A DNA stretch of 64,000 nucleotides, from the NCBI GenBank assembly GCA_951406725.2, contig OX597817.1, positions 91,078,001 through 91,142,000 on the forward strand, read 5' to 3'. The translations under genes and the position numbers were made by a program. Origin of the DNA: Octopus vulgaris (lineage: Eukaryota). Below the pieces are notes generated by a model that was given only the letters and a program-made list of their open reading frames with translations, did no database searches and was not told where the DNA came from. Below, one piece after another: positions 46,440 through 60,448 of the stretch; position 1 is the first letter of the stretch, and each line of letters begins with the position of its first letter.

Positions 46440-47160
46440 TCTTTTTAATGTTATCAAGATTATGGCTGGGAGACAACAATTTAATCAAAATAGCTGTTCT
46501 CATCACCCACCATGATTACCATCTCAGCCTTAGTGTTGCTAATAGAGTGGTTGGTTCTTTCTCAACTATTCCCCACAGAGTAATCCATGGGATTACAACT
46601 GAGGAAATTAGGAGGCTAGAAATTGGGGCTGGTGAAGTCATAGAAACTTTCCAATAACTACTTCTGAACTTTTCCAGAGATATGGCAAGGAGATGAATCC
46701 TCCTGCCACACACAGGGCTTTCCAGCAGCAACTCTCTCCTCCAGGGATTGATCGAGTCTCCAACAGTATTACATAGCTACCTGAATTGAGCCTAAGGCTC
46801 TGTTCAAAGATGTGGGGATGAATTTTGGGATGTGGATACAGTCAGAATGCCTACTGTGTCTCTTCCTACTGGTCACAGTTTCCCATGTATTGTTTCACAG
46901 CTTTTACAGTGTTCATAGAACATTGAGCAGCAGTCATGATGTTGGCATTTTAACTACCAGCACAAATCACCATGATACAGGCAACTCTTTTCCAATATTT
47001 AGATGCCTTCCTACCCTCCATGTCAGCTAACTTTCTCTCAACTACACCATTAATCATTATGCTCTCCAATGCCATTGACCGTTCACCAAGACATCAAGCT
47101 GTTCCTAAACAAGGAGATATAAAAAAAAAGTTGTCAAATAGGGCTTGAACACCCAGTATA
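46440..47160 (-). mobile_element. Internally deleted Tc1/mariner-superfamily element
   Basis: Minus strand WQEDSSPCH..NF*PPNFLSCNPMDYSVG; homologous to 51960-52845 in the opposite orientation. Confidence 0.7.
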
Positions 47161-48599
47161 TGAATAATGAATAGGCAGAACCCTCAGGGCATCAGATAAA
47201 ATGTCTTGTAATCATTTTGAAACTGTGCATATTAAGTTCAAATCCTGCTGAGGTCCATTTTGGCTTTTATTCTTTCAGGGTTGATGAATGATGTACTGGC
47301 CTAGAATAAGCCTTCTTCTCTCCTTTCCTTACCAATTTGTTACTAGATTATAATTCTAATTGAATGGACCAGCCTTGCCTTATTGTATGATACAGATTTG
47401 ATTAGGACGATGTGTTAAAGCTTTCTCTTGAGTATATGCATAAAAACAGAAATTAGAAATGACACTTGTGTCTTTGGAATATCCAACCATTTATTTACTC
47501 ATTTTGTGAGTAGGAATTCAGCTGGTTGAACAACTGGATACTCATCATCAAAACTGCTAAGAGAATCCATCCGTTGTGTAAGCAGAAGATAATCAGACAA
47601 CATGGAGAACATATGTACGTAAAATTGCTGCCGATAAATATATGTATACATATACAAATATATATACATAATAGGATATATAATTGCATATATACATACT
47701 TACATATGTACACACACACACATATGTACATATATATATATATATATATAATTATTTATATACATCATACATAGCACACACAATTATTAATGTGTGTGTG
47801 CTTATATTTTCCGTAACAAGCTTACCTATGTCCTCCAAGTTTTCTACTGCTTCTAGAAAGTTAATTATTTACACACAAAATGTGTGTGTGTGTGTGTGTG
47901 TGTGTGTACATTTGTGTTTGCATTTCATTTCATTTTGTATAGGCTGGAAGCTCTGAGACATCCGTATAGCTATTTACAATGTCTACGAATACCATTGCTT
48001 GCAGACAAGCGTAGTAAACTCTTGTTATACCAAAACACAATTCTAACTGAGGCAATGATTTCTTTCCTTCTTCTTCTCCTTTTACTTCTACTTCTTCATC
48101 ATCTCTAGTGACCTCATCTATGAAAAGAGAAAATTATAATGGGAAGAAACCAAAACGAAGGAAGCCAATAAATAAATACAACACAAGCAGACAGAAAAAA
48201 TAATCTATCTTTATCATGTCAACCACAAATTATTCAATGAAAAGGATTCCATGAAATCTGAGAAAATAACTGAAAGGGTAAAAGACGTTAAACATATATA
48301 TTTTGGGAGTATAGATTTTGTCTGAAAAGTTGACCATGTGTATGTTATTTTAATACTAGACATCTTTTGTTCATTTTAATGAAATTATTGATGATTCACT
48401 GATTCATACATGAGCTCCTGTTCCTTCTAAAGCATGGACAATAATGAAAACGAAAAAAATGAAAATATTGAAACATAATATGTAAGATGGCTGCATGGCT
48501 AGAAAATATGCTTTCCAACCACATGGTTTCAGATTCTGTGCCACTGATCTGTGGAATATTTACATACATTCTCACACAAATTGGTATGTAAATGCACCC

Positions 48600-48825
48600 T
48601 GGTGTCATGCAAATGGCATCCATGCCAGTGGCATGTAAAAACACCCATTACACTCTTGGAGTGGTTGGCATTAGGAAGGGCATCCAGCCGTAGAAAACCA
48701 TGCCAAATCAGACTGAAGCCTGGTGCAGACTTCCAGAGTGCCAACCCAGTCAAACTGTCCAACCCAAGCCAGCATGGACAACAGACATTAAATGATGATG
48801 ACGATGATGATGATAATGATGATGC
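48600..48825 (+). mobile_element. RTE 3' tail
   Basis: GGCATTAGGAAGGGCATCCAGCCGTAG..(ATG)n. Confidence 0.8.
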
Positions 48826-48893
48826 TAATTCAATGAACAGGTAATTCAGTTGGTTACACAACTGGACACCATCATGAATCTTACAGGATCCAT

Positions 48894-48955
<62 letters not shown>

Positions 48956-48979
48956 TGTGTGTCTGTGATGATGATGATG

Positions 48980-49977
48980 ATCATCATCATCATTTAACAC
49001 CTGTTGTCCATGCTGGCACAGATTGGACAGTTTGACCAGAGCTGGCAAGCTGGGGAGCTGCACCAAACTCCAGTCTGATTTGGCATGATTTCTACAGCTG
49101 GATGCCCTTCCTAATGCCAGTCACTTTACAGAGTGTGCTGAGTACTTTTACATGGCACTACATGGGCACTTTTTGTGTGGTGCTGCACAGGTGTTTTTAT
49201 GTGGCACTGCACATGTGCTTTACACCATGAGAAGGGGCAGTTTTAATACTTCTGCTGTGGAGTACAGGTCTTCTTGAGTACAGCAAGGTGCCCGGCATCT
49301 TGACTCTTTGTCATTTCACCAGAAAGATTTAGCAACCGAGGTCATTCTTCAGTACTCATCCCATATCTTCCTGGATTTCCACATGTTTCATCGACTCTGA
49401 GAGATCGGCATTTCTTTATTTAGCTGCCAACTACCATGTAGAATTGCTGTCCATATACATGCATCATACTGTCTTCTTTTCACTCGGAGAGAGAAACTTT
49501 TCATGGCCGTCAGAGGTAACAGCTCTCTGGATTTCCTCCATTCTATTCTTATTTTAGCCATTATACACTCCATGAGTCCTCCCCCACTACGAATTTGGTC
49601 CCCTAGGTAGCAAAAATTATCTACTACTTCTAATGAGCCACCAGGGCATTTGAGAGAATCAATTTCCTGACTCTCTAAAGCTTTTATAGACCCTGTGCAT
49701 CTTCCACATAAGAAAATTATCTTCTCTCATAACATTCCTATTAATCCACAGCACCTCTTGTGTATCCATAGCTTGCATTGGGTACATTGTATGGAGTTCC
49801 AGCCTACACCTTTCCTACAAATCAAACCAGGCTACCTGAGGGGTTAGGATCCTGTCAGTTTTTAACTTTGTTAAGTTAACCTTAAGGACCTTAGATTCCA
49901 GGTTTTTCTTCTACACCTGGAATTTCTCTTCTAGCTCTGATATGGAATCTATTATGATGGCAAGATCATCAGCATAT
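48980..49977 (-). mobile_element. RTE-clade LINE fragment (RT C-terminal part with PHD-like finger) plus 3' tail
   Basis: YADDLA (49959-49976), ICRKGVGWNSIQCTQCKLWIHKRC..CGRC, FCYLGD, ILHGS; tail shared with other RTE ends. Confidence 0.88.
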
Positions 49978-49980
49978 GTA

Positions 49981-50032
<52 letters not shown>

Positions 50033-50544
50033 TACACCTTCCTCCATGTGATCAGCTTGAAAAGTTGTTAGGACACTAGGATATTTTCCTACGTTTCTTA
50101 ACATGAAATCAATGGTAGCCTTAATTCACAAATAAAGAAACTATATATCTGCCAATGTGGTGTTGAGGACTCATTTCATTGTTTGACATTCAGGTTAAAC
50201 TGATTGTTACTGTTCTTTAGCCTTAGGAGACATTGTCTCCAGCTGGCTATAAGACACATTATGTGCATCCTTATATTTTAGAACAAGGGAGCTTAGTGCC
50301 CCCTCAGCACAAAGCAATATCTGTGTAATAATGGTTTTTGGGTTATTTCACTTCATCAGCACAGAATAACTGCTCGGCTAGAGGTGGTGCCACTAAACTC
50401 TTGCTTGAAATATTCTTTTCAAAGTTATACACAGTCACTGATCTAATAAATAGAAAATTATTATTTCTAAATCTCTGAACGAGAGACATTACACAAGAGT
50501 AAAGATTATTTGCCAACATAATGTAGCAGTCCTGGTTAGAACGA

Positions 50545-51832
50545 TTGTAACTGTTATTTAGCTCCAGGATATATTGTCTCCAGGCAATGGACAAATTACA
50601 TCTGATGACAATGGATACATTGACACTACCACCATTGCCCACACTGTCTCCAGCCCTGATGACTTATGTTCAGCCAGTTACCTAAATTTTACAATGGAAT
50701 ACATAAAACCAGATCAGCTTTGCAACAGGGCTGTCAACACTCTTAACTATGACTTAGTCAGCTACCTTCTCAAGAACGTTGGTACAGATCAGTTGACACT
50801 GTTACCAACCCCAATCAGGTTACACACTTTCCAACAGAATTTCTCAACTCCCAAGATCCTCCAGGACTCCCTCCCCATGCAATCCTATGCAATCTAAATG
50901 CAATGGAACTTGCCTTGTGGTCAAACAAATGATGGACCACGCCATTGAAGACCAAATTATCATGGGACATAGCAAAAACAATACCATTTTCATTCTGAAA
51001 ATTCCGCTAACCCCAACTGACTGCCCCTACTCTATGCAGAGACTTCAGTTCTCTCTGGAACTTAGCTTCGCCATGACAATTAACAAAGCACAAGGTCAGT
51101 TGCTGAAAGTTGTCAGATTGGACCTTCGAACATTGTGCTTTTCCCATGGACAGTTCTACGTCAAGTTGTTCCAGAGTTGGCCATCCAGACAACTTATTCA
51201 TCTACGCTCCTGCAGGAGAAACAAAGAATGTCGTCTGCAAAGCAGCCCTACAGTAGTTATTCCTCTACTGCATTCTTCGCATCTACACCAAACTGTAGCC
51301 ATTTCATTGATATTTTACTTCATTTCCCTGATTGCTGTTAACAGTACATTACCTTCAATGACCCTTCTTACTTCACGCATGCTGTTCACTCATAAGCATG
51401 CTCTGACAGTTATATTTGTACATGCCATTATTCTATTTGCATGTTTATTATAAATGTTTGCTTTTCTTTATCATGCATGACTTTCACTGCAAAAAAGCCT
51501 CAATGCGATTGTGTCAGGTATTACAAGAAAAATAAGTACATGATACAAAAGGCTTCAGGTAAAATATAGGATCCCTAATGCCTACTGCAATTGTGATCTC
51601 ATTTCATGGACTTCCATTTATTACTATCTGCCAAATTTGTATTCAAAAAATTTTATTCATTACCTAAGTTTCTTAATACCATATCATAAACTGATAACAA
51701 AAATGATAATTATGCATTTTATGCTTATCAACTTGAAGCAACTTCTAACTGTAGGCTAATTCAACTTAAACCAGCCACAGGAGTGCACCATCATAATAAT
51801 TACACCGTCCAAAAGATGGGTGCATTTGCTAG
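50545..51832 (+). mobile_element. Helitron remnant: PIF1-family helicase C-terminus and 3' terminus
   Basis: CNGTCLVVK..RLQFSLELSFAMTINKAQGQ..CFSHGQFYV; hairpin CCGTC-CAAAA-GATGG then CTAG at 51829-51832. Confidence 0.88.
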
Positions 51833-51959
51833 AGTATGCACACACACACACACGCACACACACACATATACATACACACAGACACAAACACACACACACA
51901 CACATACACATATATGTACACACACATATATATAGTATGGTGAATGGATGTTAAATGGT

Positions 51960-52845
51960 GATGATATGTTAACAATATTATATACATACAGAAAGTTTAG
52001 GAACAGCTTGGTGTATTGAGAAACAGTCAATGACATTGAAGAGAAATAAGATTAAAAGTATAGTTGAAAAAAAATTAGCTGATATAGAGGACTGGAAGAC
52101 ATCTGAATATTGGAAAAGATTTAGTTGTATCATGATGATTTGTGCCTGTTATCAAAATGCCAAAATCATGACTGCCACTTAATGTTCTATGAACACTGTA
52201 GATGATGTAAGATGTAACATGGACAGCTGCAATGCAGACTATGAAACTGTGACTGTGAAAGGGACATAGCAGGCATTCTGTGTTCACACACTGGAGTCCA
52301 TTCAACAACCAATGAACAGACCCATTGGCTCAATTCAGATGGTTATGTGAAGCTGCTGGAAACTGTGGTTAATCTCTGGCTGGTGAGGATTATTGCTGGA
52401 ACACCATATATGTGACAGCAGAATTCAGCTCATTGCCTTACTTCTGGAAAGAGTTAGAAGTGGTTATTGGAGAATATCTATGACTTCACGAGTGCCAATT
52501 TCTAGCCTCCTAACTGTAATCCTTTGGATTAGCATGTGTGTGGTGCAGTTGAAAAAGACACCAACTGTTTTGCCTGCAATACCAAAGCTGAGCTGGTGGC
52601 CAAAGTCAAGGAGTGTTCAAAGATCTACCTAGAGACACAATGAAGAATGAATATAGCAGGTTCCATAGCTGTCTTGAGACTGTGATGAAAGGTGAGGGCT
52701 GCTTCTTTGAGTAAATTGTTATTTCTCAGCTATAGTCTTGTTGATAGTTTTTGATTTTTCTTAAATACTTTCCTTTTAGGGTGGAATATTACATTATCTG
52801 TTCCTTTTATACAAACTATCAAAATTAGCTTGAACATCTTGTATG
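51960..52845 (+). mobile_element. Second copy of the deleted Tc1/mariner-superfamily element
   Basis: QQNSAHCLTSGKS*KWLLENIYDFTSANF*PP; shares sequence with 46440-47160. Confidence 0.7.
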
Positions 52846-52893
52846 TATGTATGCATATACACACACACATAAATATATATATATATATATTTA

Positions 52894-53246
52894 TAAGGAT
52901 AAGATTATTAATTTAAATATCGATCTTATCAAGTTGACAGCATGGGAATAAAAACCTTCAAAGGTAATAATTATTATTAAAATTATAATTTAGGGTATCT
53001 AAGAGATACTGCCACGCTGGAAATAGCAGCCAGAACCTGACTCTAAAACCACATTAAATGTTCATACAGCACCAGGAGAGAAGACAAAATAAACTAGCAA
53101 AATAAACCAGTAATTTTTGCTAGCTTATTTTATCTTTTTGTCTTCTCTCCTGGTGCTGAATGAGCATTTAATGTGGTTTTAGAGTCAGGTTCTGGCTGCT
53201 ATTTCCAGCGTGGTGGTATCTCTTGGATACCCTAAATTATAATTTT
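52894..53246 (-). mobile_element. Fold-back PLE-like 3' remnant in (TA)n
   Basis: Arms 52979-53102 and 53114-53246; extra tail 52894-52978 loosely resembles 1041-1135. Confidence 0.65.
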
Positions 53247-53316
53247 ATATATACATATATATATATATATATGTATATATATGTATGTATATATACAAAT
53301 ATATATATATACATAT

Positions 53317-53350
<34 letters not shown>

Positions 53351-53555
53351 CATTAAATATCTGTTTTCCGTGTTGGCTTGGGTTCAATGGTTTGGCAGGA
53401 ACTGGTATGACTGAGAGCCACACCAAGATCCATTTTCTGCTTTGGCATGGTTTCTATGGCCCAATGCCCTTCCTTGAAGCCAACCATTTTCCGGAGTGTT
53501 CTGGGTCTTTTTATATGGCATCAGCATGCACACACACAAATAAATAAATAAATAA

Positions 53556-53595
<40 letters not shown>

Positions 53596-53602
53596 ATATA
53601 TG

Positions 53603-53860
53603 CAGTCATGGCTGTGTGGTAAGATGCTTGCTTCCCAATTGCACAGTTCTGGGTTCAGTCACACAGCATGACATCTTGGGAAACTGTCTTCTACTATAGC
53701 CTCAGGCCAACCAAAGCCTTGTGAGTGGATTTGGTAGATGGAAACTAAAAGAAGCCTGTCATAATATGTATGTATGCATGTATGTATCTATGTGTGTGCG
53801 TTATTGTGACTTTATTTGTCTCTGACCACTGGGATCGATTTGTTTGGCTAAATTCCTTTC
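53603..53860 (+). mobile_element. SINE family A (degenerate)
   Basis: Aligns to 473-830; other partial copies at 29613-29720, 56253-56390, 59965-60062, 60285-60437, 63680-64000. Confidence 0.8.
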
Positions 53861-56388
53861 TAAAACAACTGGACCTGATGATATTATGAAGAAATTAACT
53901 AATAATGTTCTCTAGCCAGGGAATACATGAATTGACTGCAGTCAAGGACAAAAAAATAGCCTTTACAAATTGCAAAAAATACTTCAGGACATCACCAGAT
54001 GATCCAGTCATGCTTGTTGAGGGTGATAATTCAAAACCTATGTAAAGTCTCTTGAAAGTAGACAAAAACATTGAGCAGCTCAGCAACAAGAATTTAAAGG
54101 CAGTCAACAGCATGTGAGTAGAGCTTCAGCAAATAGCTGCTAGATATGACAACTAGACTAGCAAAATATAAAGATCTATCTATGATAAACACTGCTTTTC
54201 CTCGTCCCTTGTTTGTTACTCTGTCAAACTATTGTGCTCGATGTTCATCTTATAAATGATAAATAGTAAATGCTGTATGAACTGTTGAAACCTGAACTTC
54301 ATTTTTGCAATTCCACTTCATATTCATATGACTCTTTCATATGCATATATATATATATAGTGAGAGAGAGAGAGAGATACATAAATATACTTATATGCAA
54401 AAGAAATTCAAAAGCAAAATCTGTGTGTGTACATGCACATAGGTATGTATACATATCATATTGTATATGTGTGTGTGTTGAGTGTGAGTGTGTATACATA
54501 CATACATACATACATACATACATACATACATACATACATACATACATACATACACATATATATATATACATACATAACTAGATAAATATACACAAACACA
54601 CGTATATACTCCAATTGTTTCTTTCCTGTTTGTATAATTAATACTTGACCTTATATTGTTCTGTCATCTATTGCCCTTGTGATCAATAACAAAATTATTA
54701 TGATTATTATTAGTATCATGATAATTGTTGTTATTGCTGTTGTTGTTATCCTCATTATAATTTTCTATTATGTCTCCTCCCGCCCATATATTTATCTAGA
54801 TACATGTACCATGGTTTGACGTGTTCATGCTTTCATTATTGTGTATTGTGTATGTCATCTCTTCATTCTTCTCATAGCATCTGCACTCAACTCTCAATTA
54901 CTTACCATTACTGTAAGCTATATCAAAATAGATATTCATGCCAAAAGCAGTGTGGATGAGCAGTTTTTTCGAGAAATTATTACCCAATCCTTCCTCTCCA
55001 CTTCTTCTCTGAAATAATATCAATATGATATATAATATAATATAATATAATATAATGTAATATAATATAATGCATAATATAATATGATATGTTATAGGAT
55101 CAAATTTTGGTTTTCTGCCAGTTTATTCATTCAACCAAAAATATGTTTTCTTCCAAAATATTCAACAGTAGAAAAAAAAATTGATAAAAATTTAAGAAAA
55201 GAAAAAAAATTGAGGAAGAAAGAAAACCATAAAATATTTTTTAGAAATAAAAAAAAATAAAAAAAATAAAAATATACAATAAACAAACAAAAATAACAAA
55301 AAGGAAGCAATAAAATATAATAAAAAAACAAATAAATATGAATGAGGAGTGAAAAAAGAATATTGATCATAACTTTATAAGTTAGTCATTCATATTTCTC
55401 TTCATTTTAAATTCTGATTCTTCACCACCACCCCACCCTCCCTTCTCTGCCACTCTTATTTTATTTGCATTTTTATATATGTAGTTATTTTATTATTTTG
55501 TGTTTTCATTTGTTTCATTATTGTTATTATTATTATTATTATTATTAATATCATCATCATCATCGCTGTTCTTGTTATTATTACCATTATTATTATTATT
55601 ATTACTGTTGTTGTTACTTTTGGTTTTCATCATAATAGAATAACATGAGAGAAATTCTACTTTATCTGTTTATTTATTAAATATATTTTTATTACCCATA
55701 ATTCTTCTCAAATTCTTTGCCCTCTAGCTTACTTTAACCTCCTCAACTACTAACCTACAAGAATTCTGACTACTGTTGAAGTGAAACAAATTCCTAGGGG
55801 GGTGAAAATAGGTTTCAGAGTGAAAGACAACCTTGTAAAAACTTTAACAACAAACATCATAAATATCCGAACAATGCTACATTTCAAACAGTCTTTTATT
55901 CTAACTTGCAGAATCGACACATTAGCAGCCAGCTGGTGGCCTTTACAGGTTTTTTACATATCAAACATATGATGAATATAAAATATATTAATATGTATGT
56001 CTTTTATTTATTTATCTATTTTTTTTTTACTTTCACTAAATTGTTGCCATTGTTGTTGTTGTTGTTTAACCCAAAGTCAATCTTGAGAGAATAGAAATAT
56101 GATCAAAAATGTTCTGGTCATAACCATGCTGTCTTTGTTAGCAGACACATTTTATCAAAAATTAAACTGCATTTATTGTTCACTTTTTCTAAAGTGGTAG
56201 GGTGTGGCTTAAGAGTGATTGGACTATTATTTCTATCAAGTCAAACAAGTATAGGCACAGGCATGTCTGTATGGTAAGAAGCTTGCTTCCCAACTGTGTG
56301 GGACCTTGGGCAGGAGTTTTCTATTATAGTCTCGGGCCAACCAAAGTCTTGTGAATAGATTTAGTAGACAGAAACTAAAAGAAGCCCA

Positions 56389-56425
<37 letters not shown>

Positions 56426-56843
56426 CTCTACTCTTTTACTCTTTGACTTGTTTCAGTCATTTGACTGTGGCCATGCTGGAGCACCGCTTTAGTCGAGCAA
56501 ATCGACACTAGGACTTATTCTTTGTGAGCCTAGTACTTATTCTCTCGGTCTCTTTTGCCGAACTGCTAAGTTACGGGGACGTTAACACACCAGCATCGGT
56601 TGTCAAGCAATGTTGGGGGACAAACACAGACATACAAACACACACACACACACACACACACATATATGCATATACATATATATGACAGGCTTCTTTCAGT
56701 TTTCGTCTACCAAATCAACTCACAAGGCTTTGGTCGGTCCGAGGCTATAGTAGAAGACACTTGCCCAAGGTGCCACCCAATGGGACTAGACCAGGAACTA
56801 TGTGGTTTGTAAGCAAACCACTTACCACACAGCCACTCCTGCA

Positions 56844-56846
<3 letters not shown>
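56426..56846 (-). mobile_element. SINE family A, full length
   Basis: Reverse-complement match to 473-890. Confidence 0.9.
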
Positions 56847-56884
<38 letters not shown>

Positions 56885-56918
56885 GTAAATATAATGTGTG
56901 ATAATTATTCTGTAGCTG

Positions 56919-56981
56919 TGATAAAACTCTGAGTTTCGGATATCAGGGTGAAAACCCACACTGGCATCTCTTCAGTTATCA
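56919..56981 (-). ncRNA. Minimal hammerhead motif, inverted copy
   Basis: TGATAA-CTGAAGA-GATG..TATC-C-GAAAC-TCAGA-GTT-TTATCA on the minus strand. Confidence 0.72.
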
Positions 56982-57010
56982 GGCCATTGAAAAAAATTTT
57001 TGTGATGGCC

Positions 57011-57072
57011 TGATAACTGAAGAGATGCTGGCGTGGGTTTCTGCCTTGACATCCGAAACTTGAGTTTTATCA
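57011..57072 (+). ncRNA. Minimal hammerhead motif, canonical CTGAAGA core
   Basis: TGATAA-CTGAAGA-GATG..CATC-C-GAAAC-TTGA-GTT-TTATCA. Confidence 0.75.
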
Positions 57073-59099
57073 TGGCTACCAAATAATTGTCACATATTAT
57101 ATTTACAGATAAATTCCTCTGTTTACATAATATCAAGGTCTCTTTTATTATTTTGTTGTCTTGCCACAGTCAAATGACTGAAACAAGTAAAAGATATAAG
57201 ATAAAAGATAAAACTATGCAAAAGTTTTCTCATTGGTTTATTTACTAGAATGTTCCCTCTTATGATGTTATTGTTTAGTCTCGAGTCTGTGATCAAAGTC
57301 ATTCCAGGTGTAATCATTCCAGCATTTTCCATATATGAAAGAAACCCAGAATGACAAGGTTTGATGTATTCTCTTTCAAGATAATAGGGTGTGAATTTAG
57401 AGAGACCTGGTTGCTAACTCTAGCATCTTGAAGGACTTCACATAGACTCCTTTGTTAACTACCTCTAAGAACGAATATGTTTTTTCTCATCCCTATTTTG
57501 ATGACAACATGTTACTTGTTAAGGTAGCAGGCTGGCAATATCATTAGCACACTGGGAAAAATACTTAGCAACATTTTATCTATCTTTATGATCTGAGTTC
57601 AACTTCCACTGAGGTCAGCTTTGCCTTTTGTCTTTTTAAGGTTGATAACAGAAGTACCAGTTGAGCACTGGGATCAATGTAAACAATTGACTTATCCCTT
57701 CCTCCAAGCTTGCTGGCCTTGTGCCAAAATTTGAAACTAATATCTAACTTGCTAACCATAAATATTTGTTCATGTTTTATATTCCAGGCATATGGTTTTG
57801 TCAAAGATTACTAATTTCTTCAAAAGATTCTACTTACTTCACCCTCGAGAATATCATTCTCTAAAATAGATGCATCATCATTTAAATCATTCTTATCAAT
57901 ATCACACTTTTACACTTTTTTTTTAGTATAATTGCTTGATTTGGGCATATCTATTTCAGTACAACATTTCATCATTTGCTATAATCCTTTGTGATTTCTT
58001 TAATGAATTTAAGCATCCTGAGAGTCATCTTCACCATTTTTTTCTCAGACTTCATTTTTCATCAGTTTTTTTCTCCTCACTTGGATTACTTGGCACTTCT
58101 TTTCATCTAACAGTAAAATTTCTATACCTATCTCATGTCCATACAAGCAGAGTCTTCTCTCCTTCATACAAAATCAGATTCTTCTTGTACCCAATTTTTC
58201 TCTCAGTTCCTTTACGTTACACCATTTATGCTTTGAACATTATACTTCAAAATGAATGTGCTCACCTTGTTTCTTACCTGTTTTTACAAATCGTCTGCAT
58301 GCAATGCACGTTGTTTCCTTGAGCAAAACACTCTGCTTTACATTGTTCCAGTTTACTCAGCTGACAAATATGAGTAGTACCTGTATTTCAAAGGACCAGC
58401 CTTGTCACATTCTATGTTACACTGAATGTCCCTGAGAACAACATTAAGGGTACACATGGCTGTGAAGCACCCAGCCACTTGAACATTAATTTTGCAAGTA
58501 GGCTGTTCCATTGATCAGATCAACTGCAACTATTGTCATTGTAACCGATAGAGTGCCAGTTTAATGCCCATTTTTCATTAATATGCAACATTGCATTTCA
58601 TGCACAATCTACTTCTCAGTTGAGAAATCCCTTTGCCACCTTCAGAAGCAATAAGTTCCAAACCTTTATTTACACCATTCTTACTGTGGTTACACTACAT
58701 CATCATCATTAAACATCATAAAACATCCAAGTTTCAATGATTGCAAAAGTCAAATAGAATTTCTTGTGGCAGATTTTCTACAGGTGGATGCCCTTCCCAT
58801 TAGCAATCCACATCAATATTTATAAATCAATAAACAATAACTATCTTAAACAGTAACTATCTTATCTGGTGGAAGAGTATGGACTGGACATGAGAAAGGA
58901 ATCAGTTGATGTGTTTCTGAAATCATGAATACTTAAACAATAGTCATTCAGTTTCATGGAAGTTAATACATTTTTACCTATACTACTAATGAGAAATTTA
59001 TGATTGTCTCACATGTTCATACTTTTAACTCAAACTCATATAAGTTTGTCATGTTAAAGCAAAGTTTAAGAAAAAAGCACTAGTTTTAATTGACAACTA

Positions 59100-59397
59100 T
59101 GATAATATTGATGATGATGATAATGACAATAATATTAATTATAATAATGGTGATAATGATGATGTTGATGATGAAGATGAAGGTAATGTTGATATTGCAT
59201 AGGAGAATAATCATATTATAAAAACATCATAATACTAATGGTGATGATGATGATGATGATGATGGCAGCTATAATGATGATGACAATGATGATGCTGAAG
59301 ATGATGATGGTGATGACAAAAACGACAATAGTGGTGGTGACAACAAGGACAATGATGATGATGATGGTGATGCCAATGATGCCAGCGACAATAACAG

Positions 59398-59428
<31 letters not shown>
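59100..59428. repeat. (GAT)n degenerate microsatellite
   Basis: Seen directly; similar tracts at 8125-8265, 19305-19440, 19835-19997, 42590-42770. Confidence 0.9.
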
Positions 59429-59429
<1 letters not shown>

Positions 59430-60068
59430 GAATTTTCTTCTCACTATAATTTCTCTGTAATCAAATGTGGATCTACAGACCAATAATACCATGCAGACAT
59501 TCAGACACATGTCTGTATGTCCCTATCTATGATGGAATCTCAACCAATCTAAGAATAAACTAAAAATTCTCCATGTATTGGACTGAATTTCCATTCCTTT
59601 GTATAGTGCATGGTGTGTGGTGCATGGTGTATGGTATGCCATTGTTGTGGTGATAGTGGGGGAATGTTATTGCTAGTAAAGGTGATTGTGGTTATGGTGG
59701 CAGTGGTTGTGGGAGTGGTGGTTAGGATTTGTGATGTTGGGAGTGGTGGTAATGGTGGTGGCGGTGGTGGTGGTGCTAAAACTATCTCTTAAAACATGAA
59801 GTCAAAGATTCAGTTTCAATTTCAACTTGCCATTGTATTTTTTCATTTTTGCTTGAATAAACAGAGTTCTTTGGGAAATGCATGAATGTAATAACTTCAT
59901 ATTTATTGCCCTTTAAAATGTTCTAGCATGAAAAATTCATGAAATATGTAAAAATTATAGATGAGGGGCAGGAGTGGCTGTGTGGTAAGTAGCTTGCTTA
60001 CCAACCACATGGTTCCAGGTTCAATCCCACTGTGTGGCACCTTGGGCAAGTGTCTTCTACTATATGTA

Positions 60069-60102
<34 letters not shown>

Positions 60103-60448
60103 CCTGTGTGTATGTGTGTGTATAAACTAGTTTATAGAACATGCTACTTTATAATAAATTTATGTAATTTATCTAACATTCAAACTTTGACTGTCCCCAC
60201 GTCATTTCTGGTATATTTTACACATGACTACCTTATCCTATATATTCATAGGTTTTAATATGGTAACTTAGATACATGGTGCATGCAGACATGGCTGTGT
60301 GGTTAAGAAGCTCATTTTTCAACCACATGGTTTCAGGTTCAGTTCTACTGTACAGCTCCATGGGCAAGTGTCTTTTACTATAGTCCAGAATCAATTAATG
60401 CTCTGTGAATCAATTTGGTTATTGGAAGCCCATTGTATATATATATAT

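Larger units (their letters stand above)
56881..57165 (+). mobile_element. Fold-back remnant of the same PLE family as 2690-4913, with two HHR motifs
   Basis: Arms 56881-56987 and 57005-57110; tail 57111-57165 matches the reverse complement of ~2700-2755. Confidence 0.85.

Noticed and set aside
50887-51453. Host PIF1 helicase gene
   Set aside because: Fragmentary, frameshifted and followed by a Helitron hairpin-CTAG end
55750-55835. Minus-strand KPIFTPLGICFT resembling a DEG/ENaC motif
   Set aside because: Needs a frameshift to give FN; no other exons seen
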